Shown here piece by piece: positions 47,904 through 56,482 of a DNA stretch of 64,000 nt. The notes under the pieces were generated by a model. The model saw only the letters and a program-made list of their open reading frames with translations, made no database searches and was not told where the DNA came from. Source of the stretch: a phage. Where the stretch lies: the sequence record NC_100371.1, one strand, 5' to 3'. Every line of letters begins with the position of its first letter. Positions within the stretch are counted from its first letter, which is position 1. Made by a program: the position numbers and the translations under genes.

Positions 47904-48146
47904 TCATTGTAAAGCACAAATAAATAAAACATACTTAATTTGTTTGTTATCAGGCTCAGGGTAGAAGTAGAAGATCTTGCTATCACCGATCTGAACACCA
48001 CCATCCCAACAGCATAACCCATAACCAGTATTCATACAAGCTAAGTCGTTGGCAAAATCTATTGCATCATCTAGTGCACGAAATTCACCTTCATCTTCTA
48101 AATAATCCTCATTCATGGAACGGAAAACGAGCTTAACCTTAAACAT
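47904..48146 (-). CDS. hypothetical protein (80 aa)
   Basis: ORF only. Confidence 0.3.
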   Translation of the reverse strand: MFKVKLVFRSMNEDYLEDEGEFRALDDAIDFANDLACMNTGYGLCCWDGGVQIGDSKIFYFYPEPDNKQIKYVLFICALQ

Positions 48147-48222
48147 AGCATTACCTGTAGACCTCGTAAGTTAAAATTGTATCACATCATATTGCAGATC
48201 TTATCAGGTAACATTATTTTTG

Positions 48223-48411
48223 TCAACAGATTCCGGCCTTATCCCTCCTGTCTGCGTATTCTTTAATCGCAACCTCACCTGCATTGGTAACCAGATCTTC
48301 AAAGTAATTCTCAAGCTCCTCGTCAATGTCCGGTGACCAGCTCTTTTTCCTGTCAGTGTGAATTGCAGACTTGTTGAACTTATTACAATTCTTTGCTACC
48401 GGATTGTTCAT
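48223..48411 (-). CDS. hypothetical protein (62 aa)
   Basis: ORF only. Confidence 0.25.
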   Translation of the reverse strand: MNNPVAKNCNKFNKSAIHTDRKKSWSPDIDEELENYFEDLVTNAGEVAIKEYADRRDKAGIC

Positions 48412-48421
48412 TAAGCTCTCC

Positions 48422-49000
48422 TCAACGTTCGTAGTAAATCTTATTCAACATTACCTCATCGTTTGCAGAAAGGATATCAAGATATGCATCACCAAATCTG
48501 CCTGCAACAACCTCTGCATGATACATCACTTCGTTAACATCGTCAAGAGTGATAACCGGATGACCATATCTTTCTGAATATTGTCTCAGTGTGCGATGTA
48601 ACGAGTCGTCATCATATGCAGACTTTTTAATATCACAAACACGACGAATGGCCTTGATGTCGAAAAAACCTGTGCGATACCACCCAAGAAAAAAGTTCCG
48701 TGTAGTGTCAACATCTACATCAATACCATTAAGAACCTTATCTACAAGATAGCTGTCATCCTTTGGACTAGCGTCCTTAGTGCGAATGTAGTTGCCATCT
48801 TTTCCAGGTGATAGCTCCTTCTCATCACCAACCTGCATGCCATCATTTGGCGGTGTTAGCCACTTATCAGGATGCTTACGATCACGAGCGTTAGAATGAT
48901 TACGCTGGAAACCTGGCTTCCACTTGAAAGTTTTCTCCATCTGTTCTTCATTCTGATAACGTTTTGCAATCTTTTCACTGGCATCTTTGCGTGAACTCAT
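48422..49000 (-). CDS. hypothetical protein (192 aa)
   Basis: ORF with start overlapping upstream ORF stop; no motif recognised. Confidence 0.35.
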   Translation of the reverse strand: MSSRKDASEKIAKRYQNEEQMEKTFKWKPGFQRNHSNARDRKHPDKWLTPPNDGMQVGDEKELSPGKDGNYIRTKDASPKDDSYLVDKVLNGIDVDVDTTRNFFLGWYRTGFFDIKAIRRVCDIKKSAYDDDSLHRTLRQYSERYGHPVITLDDVNEVMYHAEVVAGRFGDAYLDILSANDEVMLNKIYYER

Positions 49001-49140
49001 AGCAGACTCCTCTTCAAGTTATAGAAAAACTCACTGTATCGCTTTGTAACGAGCTTTTCTATCAAACTGGTGCGATTGCCTTACTTGGTATAGTTTATAT
49101 AGCTGTGGAGCGATTTAGGGGCCTTCTTGTCAGTTTCCAC

Positions 49141-49375
49141 ACATAAACTTTATCCGAACTCGCGCGGGAGGCTCTCAACCGACTCCTTCCGGCGCTGGCA
49201 AGCTTTCGTCGGTGGTCCACATTAGTGCTCGGCCTTTGGCCTGCGCTATCGCTTCGCTCCCACACATGTTAACAGTCCTGCATGTATGCACTTCTGTTAT
49301 TGTGTGCACTATGGAGGCCCGGCATCTCGCCCCTCGTAGGCGAGTGCCAATGAAGGGCCGACACTACCCATAATA
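49141..49375. other. GC-rich hairpin-dense island in intergenic region
   Basis: Composition shift versus AT-rich flanks; multiple local dyads (CCGAC...GUCGG, GGCC-UUU-GGCC, CUCGCC-CCUCGUA-GGCGAG); no ORF of 60 aa or more. Confidence 0.3.
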
Positions 49376-49505
49376 AGTAATAAATTTAAAACATGGTACT
49401 TAGGATCTAGTATATTCTACATAAGTTAAGTATATGTACTTTAGTACCATAAGTACTAGATCTTTTATTTTTTATTATTTAGTTATTTTAGTTATATTCT
49501 TTATG

Positions 49506-49587
49506 TGTCCGTATCACGGACAGTTAGTGTCCGTATTACGGGCAGATGTGTCCGCGTGACGGACAGTAGTGTCCGTATCACGGACAG
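49506..49587. repeat. four tandem 21-22 bp iteron/operator-like repeats with internal dyad symmetry
   Basis: TGTCCGTATCACGGACAG at 49506 and 49570 (identical), variants at 49528 (TGTCCGTATTACGGGCAG) and 49549 (TGTCCGCGTGACGGACAG); period 22/21/21 bp; AT-rich tract with inverted repeat AGATCTAGTA at 49402-49462 just upstream. Confidence 0.6.
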
Positions 49588-49661
49588 TTACTAACCTCTG
49601 TTCCAGAGTGAACATAAAACATACAAATCCTTATAGTACAGATGTTTAAGTTTTTACTGGT

Positions 49662-50012
49662 CTAACCAGTTGTTGACATTCGAATAACTTCTTCTGGTGG
49701 CAAAACTTTGGAAAATGTGCATCTTTTACCTCTCCCTTGTGTGGATATTTCAACCACTCCTGCACATTCTAAAGTTTTAACGCACGCTGCTGCTTTTGTT
49801 TTCTTTATCCCAACATCTGCTGCAATTTTCCTGGTGCTGGGTGTGAAGCGTGAATTTTCTCCAAGCTTATACCAGTTGTGCAGGTAGCAGTATACGATCT
49901 TGTCATATAAGTCAAGAACAATAACCTCCCCAGTTGTGCCATTCAAAACTTTTGACATAGACAGTATTTCAAGGGGGACTTTAAGATATAGCAGCTTATC
50001 CCCATCTTTCAT
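49662..50012 (-). CDS. helix-turn-helix DNA-binding protein (116 aa)
   Basis: Segment FTPSTRKIAADVGIKKTKAAACVKTLECAGVV resembles a winged-helix/HTH; adjacent to the repeat array. Confidence 0.4.
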   Translation of the reverse strand: MKDGDKLLYLKVPLEILSMSKVLNGTTGEVIVLDLYDKIVYCYLHNWYKLGENSRFTPSTRKIAADVGIKKTKAAACVKTLECAGVVEISTQGRGKRCTFSKVLPPEEVIRMSTTG

Positions 50013-50059
50013 ATCTCCTGATTCTCCTTGTGTGGCAATTTTCTTTAAAATAGCAGGGA

Positions 50060-50614
50060 TTACTCCCCGCTGTCAATAGCAAGACTCATTGCAATACGGT
50101 ATGCCTCTTCTAATGGTAAGAGTCTCCCCCACACATCCCAACCGACATCAAACTGCCTGCCAAACAACTGCTGTGTGGTTCCGTGAGCATGACCGAACAG
50201 TTGGACTGATCCGTGAGGCTTTCTGTTCCACTTTGCAAACTGGTAATGGCTCATACAGATCAAATTCTTGTTGTGGCGAAGCTCGTAATAATCTACAACC
50301 TCATGACCGAACTCTTTCATAATTCTGACAGTCGTCCTTGTGTCATGGTTACCACGAACAAGAATAATATGTCCGTTCAACATATTTAGAACATCTGGAA
50401 GCAATTTGTTGATATTCTTATCATTAGTGCACGCAATATCCCCCAAGTGAAACACAGTGTCTGCAGGTGACACAACAGAGTTCCACTTGGTGATGATTCC
50501 CGCATTCATACTGTCAAGATTGTGATCATACTGAGATCTGTGTTTTTGACATGAGTCGAACTCCATTACCCGCTGGTGGAGAAAGTGTGTGTCGCTTGTT
50601 ACAAAGTATTTCAT
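50060..50614 (-). CDS. calcineurin-like metallophosphoesterase (184 aa from ATG at 50614)
   Basis: Motifs SDTHF, GDI, GNHD, GHAHG; start with GAGGAA RBS; ORF-track start at 50719 would overlap the kinase. Confidence 0.6.
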   Translation of the reverse strand: MKYFVTSDTHFLHQRVMEFDSCQKHRSQYDHNLDSMNAGIITKWNSVVSPADTVFHLGDIACTNDKNINKLLPDVLNMLNGHIILVRGNHDTRTTVRIMKEFGHEVVDYYELRHNKNLICMSHYQFAKWNRKPHGSVQLFGHAHGTTQQLFGRQFDVGWDVWGRLLPLEEAYRIAMSLAIDSGE

Positions 50615-50621
50615 ACATTCC

Positions 50622-51032
50622 TCATTTAAGTTTAATGCAGTTTTTAAGCTGGCGTTCCATACGATCCACAACCCTGTCTGGAACATCATGAATGCTTTTA
50701 TTACCATGGCGGTTTTCAACCACGATCACGGTATAACTATATCCATGACTGATCGCCATGTCAATATATTCTTGCACATATTTTTCTTTTGTAAACGTAT
50801 TACTTACCACGATACGGTCGTAGCCCATACGCATCATATCTTCTACGTTATCTTTGCACCATTTTGCTGCAAGTGTTACTTTACTTGCATCCCAATTGTA
50901 ATTGCCGTCATCGTCGTACCAGAACATATCGTTCTCAAAATGTGGATACAGACCTTCTAAAGATAGCGCATTTGCCAGTGTTGATTTGCCAGACCCTGGT
51001 AGACCACGCACGATATATAGCATTTTAGACAT
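50622..51032 (-). CDS. P-loop polynucleotide-kinase-like kinase (137 aa from ATG at 51032)
   Basis: Walker A IVRGLPGSGKSTLA near N-terminus; GGAGAG RBS upstream of ATG at 51032. Confidence 0.5.
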   Translation of the reverse strand: MSKMLYIVRGLPGSGKSTLANALSLEGLYPHFENDMFWYDDDGNYNWDASKVTLAAKWCKDNVEDMMRMGYDRIVVSNTFTKEKYVQEYIDMAISHGYSYTVIVVENRHGNKSIHDVPDRVVDRMERQLKNCIKLK

Positions 51033-51150
51033 AGTAACTCTCCGTTTTAATTTTAATGATAGTATACCTAACTGTTTTGTTAATTTCAAGTGTTGACACC
51101 AGGTTATTTGTGTGGCAGAATAAAGGGACAAAATGACAAATGAGGAATGT

Positions 51151-52068
51151 ATGATGAAGTATTTTAATGCAGACGACCTGGTTGACAAAGGTCTTGTAAC
51201 CAGCAGATATTACCCAGATCTTGGATTAAAGATCTACAAATATGCCAGAAAAGTATTCTACAACAATTTATGGCATTTGTCTCCGCGTTTACTAGAGTGC
51301 CGAGGCATTGTTGTCGGTAATGAAGGAAATGTTGTGGCATGGCCCTTCACAAAAGTGTTTAATTTGGGAGAAAACTCCACCAACCTGCCTGACAATAAAC
51401 TTGTGACGGCGGTAGAGAAAAAGAACGGATTCCTTGGTGTGGTATCATCTCATAAAGGTGAACTATTGTTTTCAACAACCGGGTCTCTTGATTCTCCATA
51501 TTGTAACCTTGCAAAGGAAACCATCCAGGAGCAATGTGGTAATTTAGATCTTATCAAGAAGGTTATGGGCCATGAAAACATGACATTCATGTTTGAAATT
51601 TGTCACCCTTCAGATCCGCATATTGTTCAGGAAGATCATGGCGCATATTTGATAGGTTGCAGATATAATGATTCTGGAATAATGCTACCAGAAGCAGCTT
51701 TAGATGGGATTGCCAAATACCTTGGTGCAAAACGTCCTCACACTGTGCGTGAAATTCCGTTCAGCTATGCAAAAGAATTAGCTGCAGAAACAAGGGGTGA
51801 AGGGTATATGATCCGTAAGCCTTACTACCCTTATGACCTGCAACTAAAGATCAAGTCTCCCTACTATCTGGCACGGAAGGCCGTAATGAGGTGTAGAGCT
51901 TGGAAGATTTGGGATGATGATATCTTTAAACGTGTTGACGAAGAGTTTTACGGCATGGTAAACTTCATTCGTAGGAACTACACAGAAGATGTGTGGAATT
52001 GCCTCCTGGAGCAGGAACGCCGTGAGATACTTGACTGCTATTTCCACAACGAGGACTATATGCAATGA
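51151..52068 (+). CDS. RNA ligase-like nucleotidyltransferase
   Basis: Motif I-like VEKKNGFLG (KxNG as in Rnl1/tRNA-ligase type); GAGGAA RBS before ATG 51151; divergent from kinase/phosphatase pair. Confidence 0.5.
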   Translation: MMKYFNADDLVDKGLVTSRYYPDLGLKIYKYARKVFYNNLWHLSPRLLECRGIVVGNEGNVVAWPFTKVFNLGENSTNLPDNKLVTAVEKKNGFLGVVSSHKGELLFSTTGSLDSPYCNLAKETIQEQCGNLDLIKKVMGHENMTFMFEICHPSDPHIVQEDHGAYLIGCRYNDSGIMLPEAALDGIAKYLGAKRPHTVREIPFSYAKELAAETRGEGYMIRKPYYPYDLQLKIKSPYYLARKAVMRCRAWKIWDDDIFKRVDEEFYGMVNFIRRNYTEDVWNCLLEQERREILDCYFHNEDYMQ

Positions 52069-52415
52069 AGAAGTTGATTGTGTGGCTTGATGATTTTAGA
52101 GATCCGTCAGATTATGGACTACCAGACGCTCTGTGGCTGAAGAATTCTTCTGAGTTTATGGATTTTCTTAATGATAAGAGAAAGCTCTACAGACGCGTAT
52201 CTGAGTGGTATTTTGACAATGATCTAGGGGAAGTGCTTGAAGGGTACGACTGCTTCTCTGCGCTAGAGGAGAAACTTGTATTCGGAAAGCCACCACTTAT
52301 TGACAACGTGATTATTTTCGTGCATACTTCTAATCCATCGGCAGCTCGTAAATTTATGCTTGCTGCTGACTCATTCAAGAAGTTTGGAATAGAGATCAAA
52401 CAAAACATCTACTAA
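52065..52415 (+). CDS. hypothetical protein (116 aa), translationally coupled to RNA ligase
   Basis: ATGA start/stop overlap with RNA ligase gene; no motif recognised. Confidence 0.35.
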   Translation: MKKLIVWLDDFRDPSDYGLPDALWLKNSSEFMDFLNDKRKLYRRVSEWYFDNDLGEVLEGYDCFSALEEKLVFGKPPLIDNVIIFVHTSNPSAARKFMLAADSFKKFGIEIKQNIY

Positions 52416-52423
52416 GGACATTT

Positions 52424-53185
52424 ATGCGACGACTTATTGTTATTTCTGGTGCTGGCTTGAGCGCAGAATCTGGGATCCCAACTTTTCGTTCTGGTCAAAC
52501 TGCAATGTGGGAGAATTTCAGCATCGATGAGGTGTGTAACATCCACACCTTTGCCAAGAACTACTATAAGGTGCATGACTTTTACAATGCACGGCGTGTA
52601 GCTCTGGGCAGTGTTGATCCTAACCTTGCACATCTCCGGATCGCTGAGTGGTATTCACGTTGGTCTGGTCGTGTGATCAACCTGACAACCAATGTAGATG
52701 ATTTGCTGGAGCGTGCTGGTGTTAAACATGAAGATATCTTACATGTCCACGGGTATTTGCCTGAAATCACCTACGAAGATGCTGAAGGTAATGATGTAAT
52801 TAAAAATATCGGATACACGGAGGTAGATACAGGCAAGTATACTTGGGTTAAGCCCAATGTGGTGTTCTTCGGTGAGGTTGCTCCTAAGTATACAGACATG
52901 TATGACCTATTGACATCTCTTACCAGCAATGATATGGTGATCCTGGTGGGTTGTTCTAACACAGTTATTAATTTTAACTGGGAATTGTTTCCTGCTACTT
53001 GTAAAGGCACAAAACTACTGATTGTAAACAAGTATGATTCGCAGAGTGCAGATGGAAGCGGCATTTCACGTAGCGACCTTTATCAATATGAGGATCGCGG
53101 GATCCCGGTTTGGTTTAACGGGGCGGTTGATGCTTTCTCTGATAAAACATTCATTGAGACCGTAGAAAACTTTATGGAACTTTAA
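52424..53185 (+). CDS. Sir2 (sirtuin-fold) family protein lacking zinc-ribbon cysteines
   Basis: Motifs GAGLSAESGIPTFR, NLTTNVDDL, catalytic-type HG (LHVHGYL), VGCSNT; no CxxC pairs where the sirtuin Zn module would be. Confidence 0.6.
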   Translation: MRRLIVISGAGLSAESGIPTFRSGQTAMWENFSIDEVCNIHTFAKNYYKVHDFYNARRVALGSVDPNLAHLRIAEWYSRWSGRVINLTTNVDDLLERAGVKHEDILHVHGYLPEITYEDAEGNDVIKNIGYTEVDTGKYTWVKPNVVFFGEVAPKYTDMYDLLTSLTSNDMVILVGCSNTVINFNWELFPATCKGTKLLIVNKYDSQSADGSGISRSDLYQYEDRGIPVWFNGAVDAFSDKTFIETVENFMEL

Positions 53186-53198
53186 AAGGAGACCTTTA

Positions 53199-53912
53199 AT
53201 GCTGAATACCAAATTAATTGACAACCTGGAAAAACTGTCCCAGCCTGAAAACTACCTTTGGTCTGCCAACTGGGTGGAAAACTGGAACCGTGTAGCAGCT
53301 AAAGTGAAAAAATCATACACACCATTCGAACTTCAGCTGAGTTTCATTGAGGAAGAGTTCAATGAGGTTTTGGAAGAGTTGGAGAAAGGTGATGGTGGGG
53401 ATCATCTCCTAAAAGAGGCCTGCGATCTTCATGTTGTCACAAGTTATGCCGCTTATCTTGTTAACGATAACCATGAAAAGTGGTCAAACCTGTTTGATAA
53501 TCCGCGAGGTCTTAAGTTTAAGATCGGTGAATTTTATGATACACTGATCGCTGCGAAAAATACCTCTAAGCAAAGAGCGTCTGCTTACCGCTTAGCAGAG
53601 TTGTCAACAGCTTTGCTGTTCCAGCTTCGCGGTGATGTGTGCGGGATGATGCGGAAGGTTCTAAAATCTAATGACAGCAAGTTTGCACGCGTCAACCATC
53701 TGCGGTATTCACACGGTGCCAGTGCAGATATGCCTGCTGAACAACTCATCGAGTTGGAGATTAAAGATCTTGAGCGACGCTTTGATGGTCGCTATGAAGG
53801 TTTTGTTGCTAAAGAAGAATTCTACAACGGAAATAAAGTTATCATATTCCTTGACAGTAAAGGTAAGATTATGAAGCCTTCAAGCTTCAAAGATGTAACA
53901 GAATATATTTAA
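53199..53912 (+). CDS. MazG-like nucleotide pyrophosphohydrolase domain protein (237 aa)
   Basis: N-terminal EEEFNEVLEELEKGD...EACD matches the MazG/HisE E-x2-E...E-x2-D pattern; C-terminal half unassigned. Confidence 0.4.
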   Translation: MLNTKLIDNLEKLSQPENYLWSANWVENWNRVAAKVKKSYTPFELQLSFIEEEFNEVLEELEKGDGGDHLLKEACDLHVVTSYAAYLVNDNHEKWSNLFDNPRGLKFKIGEFYDTLIAAKNTSKQRASAYRLAELSTALLFQLRGDVCGMMRKVLKSNDSKFARVNHLRYSHGASADMPAEQLIELEIKDLERRFDGRYEGFVAKEEFYNGNKVIIFLDSKGKIMKPSSFKDVTEYI

Positions 53913-53918
53913 TAACAT

Positions 53919-53947
53919 AGCCGGGGCGATCCCGGCTTTACTTGTTT
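53919..53947 (+). terminator. intrinsic terminator (plus strand)
   Basis: AGCCGGG-GCGAU-CCCGGCU hairpin followed by UUACUUGUUU, 7 nt after stop of 53199..53912. Confidence 0.6.
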
Positions 53948-53976
53948 CGGAAAGTATGCAAGTGAGGTAGAAAGTT

Positions 53977-54285
53977 ATGTACAAGCACTCCAGAGATCTT
54001 GAAAACGATGATGTGTTTGGGGATCAGATGAAAGAATTGGTTAAACTTATAGGTAGGATAGAGGATAAGTTTGACACTAAGATCTACATCGACAGTAAAG
54101 TATTCAACCACAAAATATGGACAAATCTGTGTGTTGGACTGCATGGAGATAAAGATGTGGTAAATTTGGTTGTAATTAAGTTCATAGTGTGGCAGAATAA
54201 AACTATAAATTATTACGATCCACACCCACTTGTTTACCCGATAAAAGACCTATTAGAGAAGGAGGACTGCAATGCAGTTATTTAA
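53977..54285 (+). CDS. hypothetical protein (102 aa)
   Basis: ORF only. Confidence 0.3.
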   Translation: MYKHSRDLENDDVFGDQMKELVKLIGRIEDKFDTKIYIDSKVFNHKIWTNLCVGLHGDKDVVNLVVIKFIVWQNKTINYYDPHPLVYPIKDLLEKEDCNAVI

Positions 54286-54541
54286 TCTTGCTAAACCTGT
54301 AGAAGCACACCAGTTTGACGGAAGCTCTTCATCAGTATCTGATCTGCAACGGTGGATTGATACAGGTGTGTTTACACCGTCACCTGTTCGGACCAGAGAT
54401 ATTCTTCGCATGTGTGAGCTTGTCGAGCCGTTTGGTAACCTGGTCTTGTACCAAGGGGATTGGTTAGTTGACTTTATGGGAGACTGGTTGGTAATTAGCA
54501 AAGAAGAGATGTTTAAAATTTTTAAGGAAGAGGCTGAGTAA
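54272..54541 (+). CDS. hypothetical protein (89 aa)
   Basis: ORF with overlapping start/stop with neighbours. Confidence 0.3.
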   Translation: MQLFNLAKPVEAHQFDGSSSSVSDLQRWIDTGVFTPSPVRTRDILRMCELVEPFGNLVLYQGDWLVDFMGDWLVISKEEMFKIFKEEAE

Positions 54542-55824
54542 TGCATCAGATCAAAACAACACTGTACGCACTGAACAAAGATGGCAGCTACCAACAGTGG
54601 AAAGTATTCACGGATGGTGATAAGGTTATCGTAGAGTTTGGCAAGCTTGATGGTAAACTGCAATACAAAGAGACGATCTGCACACCTAAGAACGTGGGTC
54701 GTGCCAATGAAACTACAGCTGAGCAACAGGCTGAGCTGGAAGCGATCAGTAAGTGGGAAAAACAAGTCCGTCTGGGGTATGTTGAAAATATGGAAGATTG
54801 CGAGCAGGGTGTTGACCTTTTACCCATGTTGGTGCATGACTACCTGAAGCGTGGAAAGGCACTTAAATTACCTTGCTGGATTTTGCGTAAGTTAGATGGC
54901 CTTCGTCTACTGGTTGTTTTCCAAAACGGTGAGCCTAAATTTATTTCCCGTGGTAATAAGTCCTACCCTATTCAAGGAAAGCTTCTGGAGCAACTTCGTT
55001 CTTTCCACTTCACCACCGGGATTAAACAGCTCGACGGAGAGATCTATATTCATGGTCTGCCTCTGCAGAAAATAGTGTCTCTTGCTAAACGGTGGCGCAC
55101 ACAGGAAGAGATTCAGGCCGAGATCGATAAAGACTACGAGGCAGATAAAAAACGCCGTCATGCCGCAATTAAGGCAGGCTTATCAACATACAAAAACTTC
55201 AATAAGGTAGATATTCCTGTTGATGTTGAGCCTGTTCGTGATGATTTGCGTTACGGAGGGTACTGTAGCTATGACTTAGAGTATCATATTTTCGACATCC
55301 CTAGTGACAAGGTATGGTGGGATCCAGAAACAGAATCTGGACGATGCAAGGATCTTATGGATGCAGAAGATACCATTACCACCCTGATGCTTGACCATAT
55401 CAAGGTTGTTGACGCAGAGCTTGCGTACACAGTTGATCATTGCGAAGAATCTGTTGGTGTATTCATGTCCGAAGGATATGAAGGTACTATCATGCGTAAC
55501 TTCTGTGGTAAATATGAATATGGTCAGCGAACATCTGAAGCATTGAAATGGAAAAAGTTCAACGATGCTGAGGTGAAAGTTATTGACGTTGAGAAAGATA
55601 AGAATGATGAAGGTGTTCTTATCTGCGTTGACAAGGAAGGTATCGTTGTTAAAATGAAGATGAAAGGCACGCACGAGGAGCGTAGCTATGACAGGATGCA
55701 GGAAATGATCGGCAAGTTTATCACCTTCAAATATCAAGCAAGGACAGAAGACAACAACTACCAATTCCCTGTCGGCATCTGCGTCCGAAATGTTAACCCT
55801 GACACTTGGGAGGTTCTGGAATGA
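54541..55824 (+). CDS. ATP-dependent DNA ligase
   Basis: Motif I KLDGLR (KxDGxR) at about residue 118; size compatible with phage ATP ligases. Confidence 0.55.
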   Translation: MHQIKTTLYALNKDGSYQQWKVFTDGDKVIVEFGKLDGKLQYKETICTPKNVGRANETTAEQQAELEAISKWEKQVRLGYVENMEDCEQGVDLLPMLVHDYLKRGKALKLPCWILRKLDGLRLLVVFQNGEPKFISRGNKSYPIQGKLLEQLRSFHFTTGIKQLDGEIYIHGLPLQKIVSLAKRWRTQEEIQAEIDKDYEADKKRRHAAIKAGLSTYKNFNKVDIPVDVEPVRDDLRYGGYCSYDLEYHIFDIPSDKVWWDPETESGRCKDLMDAEDTITTLMLDHIKVVDAELAYTVDHCEESVGVFMSEGYEGTIMRNFCGKYEYGQRTSEALKWKKFNDAEVKVIDVEKDKNDEGVLICVDKEGIVVKMKMKGTHEERSYDRMQEMIGKFITFKYQARTEDNNYQFPVGICVRNVNPDTWEVLE

Positions 55825-55948
55825 TGTAGGAATGTTTAGTAGATAATGGTAGCCAATTGAATGATGGTTTTTCAATTGGCACCTACATAACCACATTATG
55901 CAGTGTTGTTGATCTGGTTAGTTATGAGTAAACTGGAGAGTATGAAAA

Positions 55949-56419
55949 ATGAAACTTGATAAAAATGTTCAACGAAAAGCTTTCTTGGATATGATCGCAT
56001 ATTCAGAAGGTACAGATAATGGTAGACAACCTACCAAGGATCGGGGCTATGATGTCATAGTCGGTGGCAAGCTGTTTAGCGATTACAGTAAGCATCCAGG
56101 TGTTTACGTTAAGCTAAATGCTAAACTTACCTCCTCTGCTGCTGGGCGTTACCAGATTTTGGAGAAGTTTGCTAAACACTATATGGAACAGTTAGGATTA
56201 CCAGATTTTGGCCCTGCCAGTCAGGACAAGATTGCATTGCAACTGATCCGTGAGTGTAAGGCTCTCACTGACATTGACGAAGGTCGCATCCACGAAGCTA
56301 TCCGCAAATGCCGTTCCCGCTGGGCTTCGTTACCCGGTGCCGGATACGGTCAGCATGAACAGAAGATTGAGAAGTTGATCGAGGTGTTTAAAAAGGCAGG
56401 CGGCATTGTCCTAGATTAA
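55949..56419 (+). CDS. endolysin, lambda R-like lytic transglycosylase
   Basis: Near-identical blocks to lambda R as I recall it: QRKAFLDMIAYSEGTDNGRQ, GYDVIVGG, AGRYQ, WASLPGAGYGQ. Confidence 0.8.
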   Translation: MKLDKNVQRKAFLDMIAYSEGTDNGRQPTKDRGYDVIVGGKLFSDYSKHPGVYVKLNAKLTSSAAGRYQILEKFAKHYMEQLGLPDFGPASQDKIALQLIRECKALTDIDEGRIHEAIRKCRSRWASLPGAGYGQHEQKIEKLIEVFKKAGGIVLD

Positions 56420-56482
56420 TCATTGACATGACCACATGGACGTGGTATTGTTACCTAGTAAAATGTTAAGAAGGGTTTAACC

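Noticed and set aside
49506-49587. Possible CRISPR array
   Set aside because: Only four units, each palindromic, spaced 21-22 bp with 3-4 bp between units and no unique spacers; fits iterons or operators, not CRISPR.
54253-54765. Minus-strand ORF of 170 aa overlapping the DNA ligase start and 54272..54541
   Set aside because: Antisense to co-oriented plus-strand genes with motifs; spurious.
55853-55879. Inverted repeat CCAATTGA...TCAATTGG between DNA ligase and endolysin as a terminator
   Set aside because: AT-rich 8-bp stem with 11-nt loop and no following U-run; could be a protein-binding site but too weak to call.
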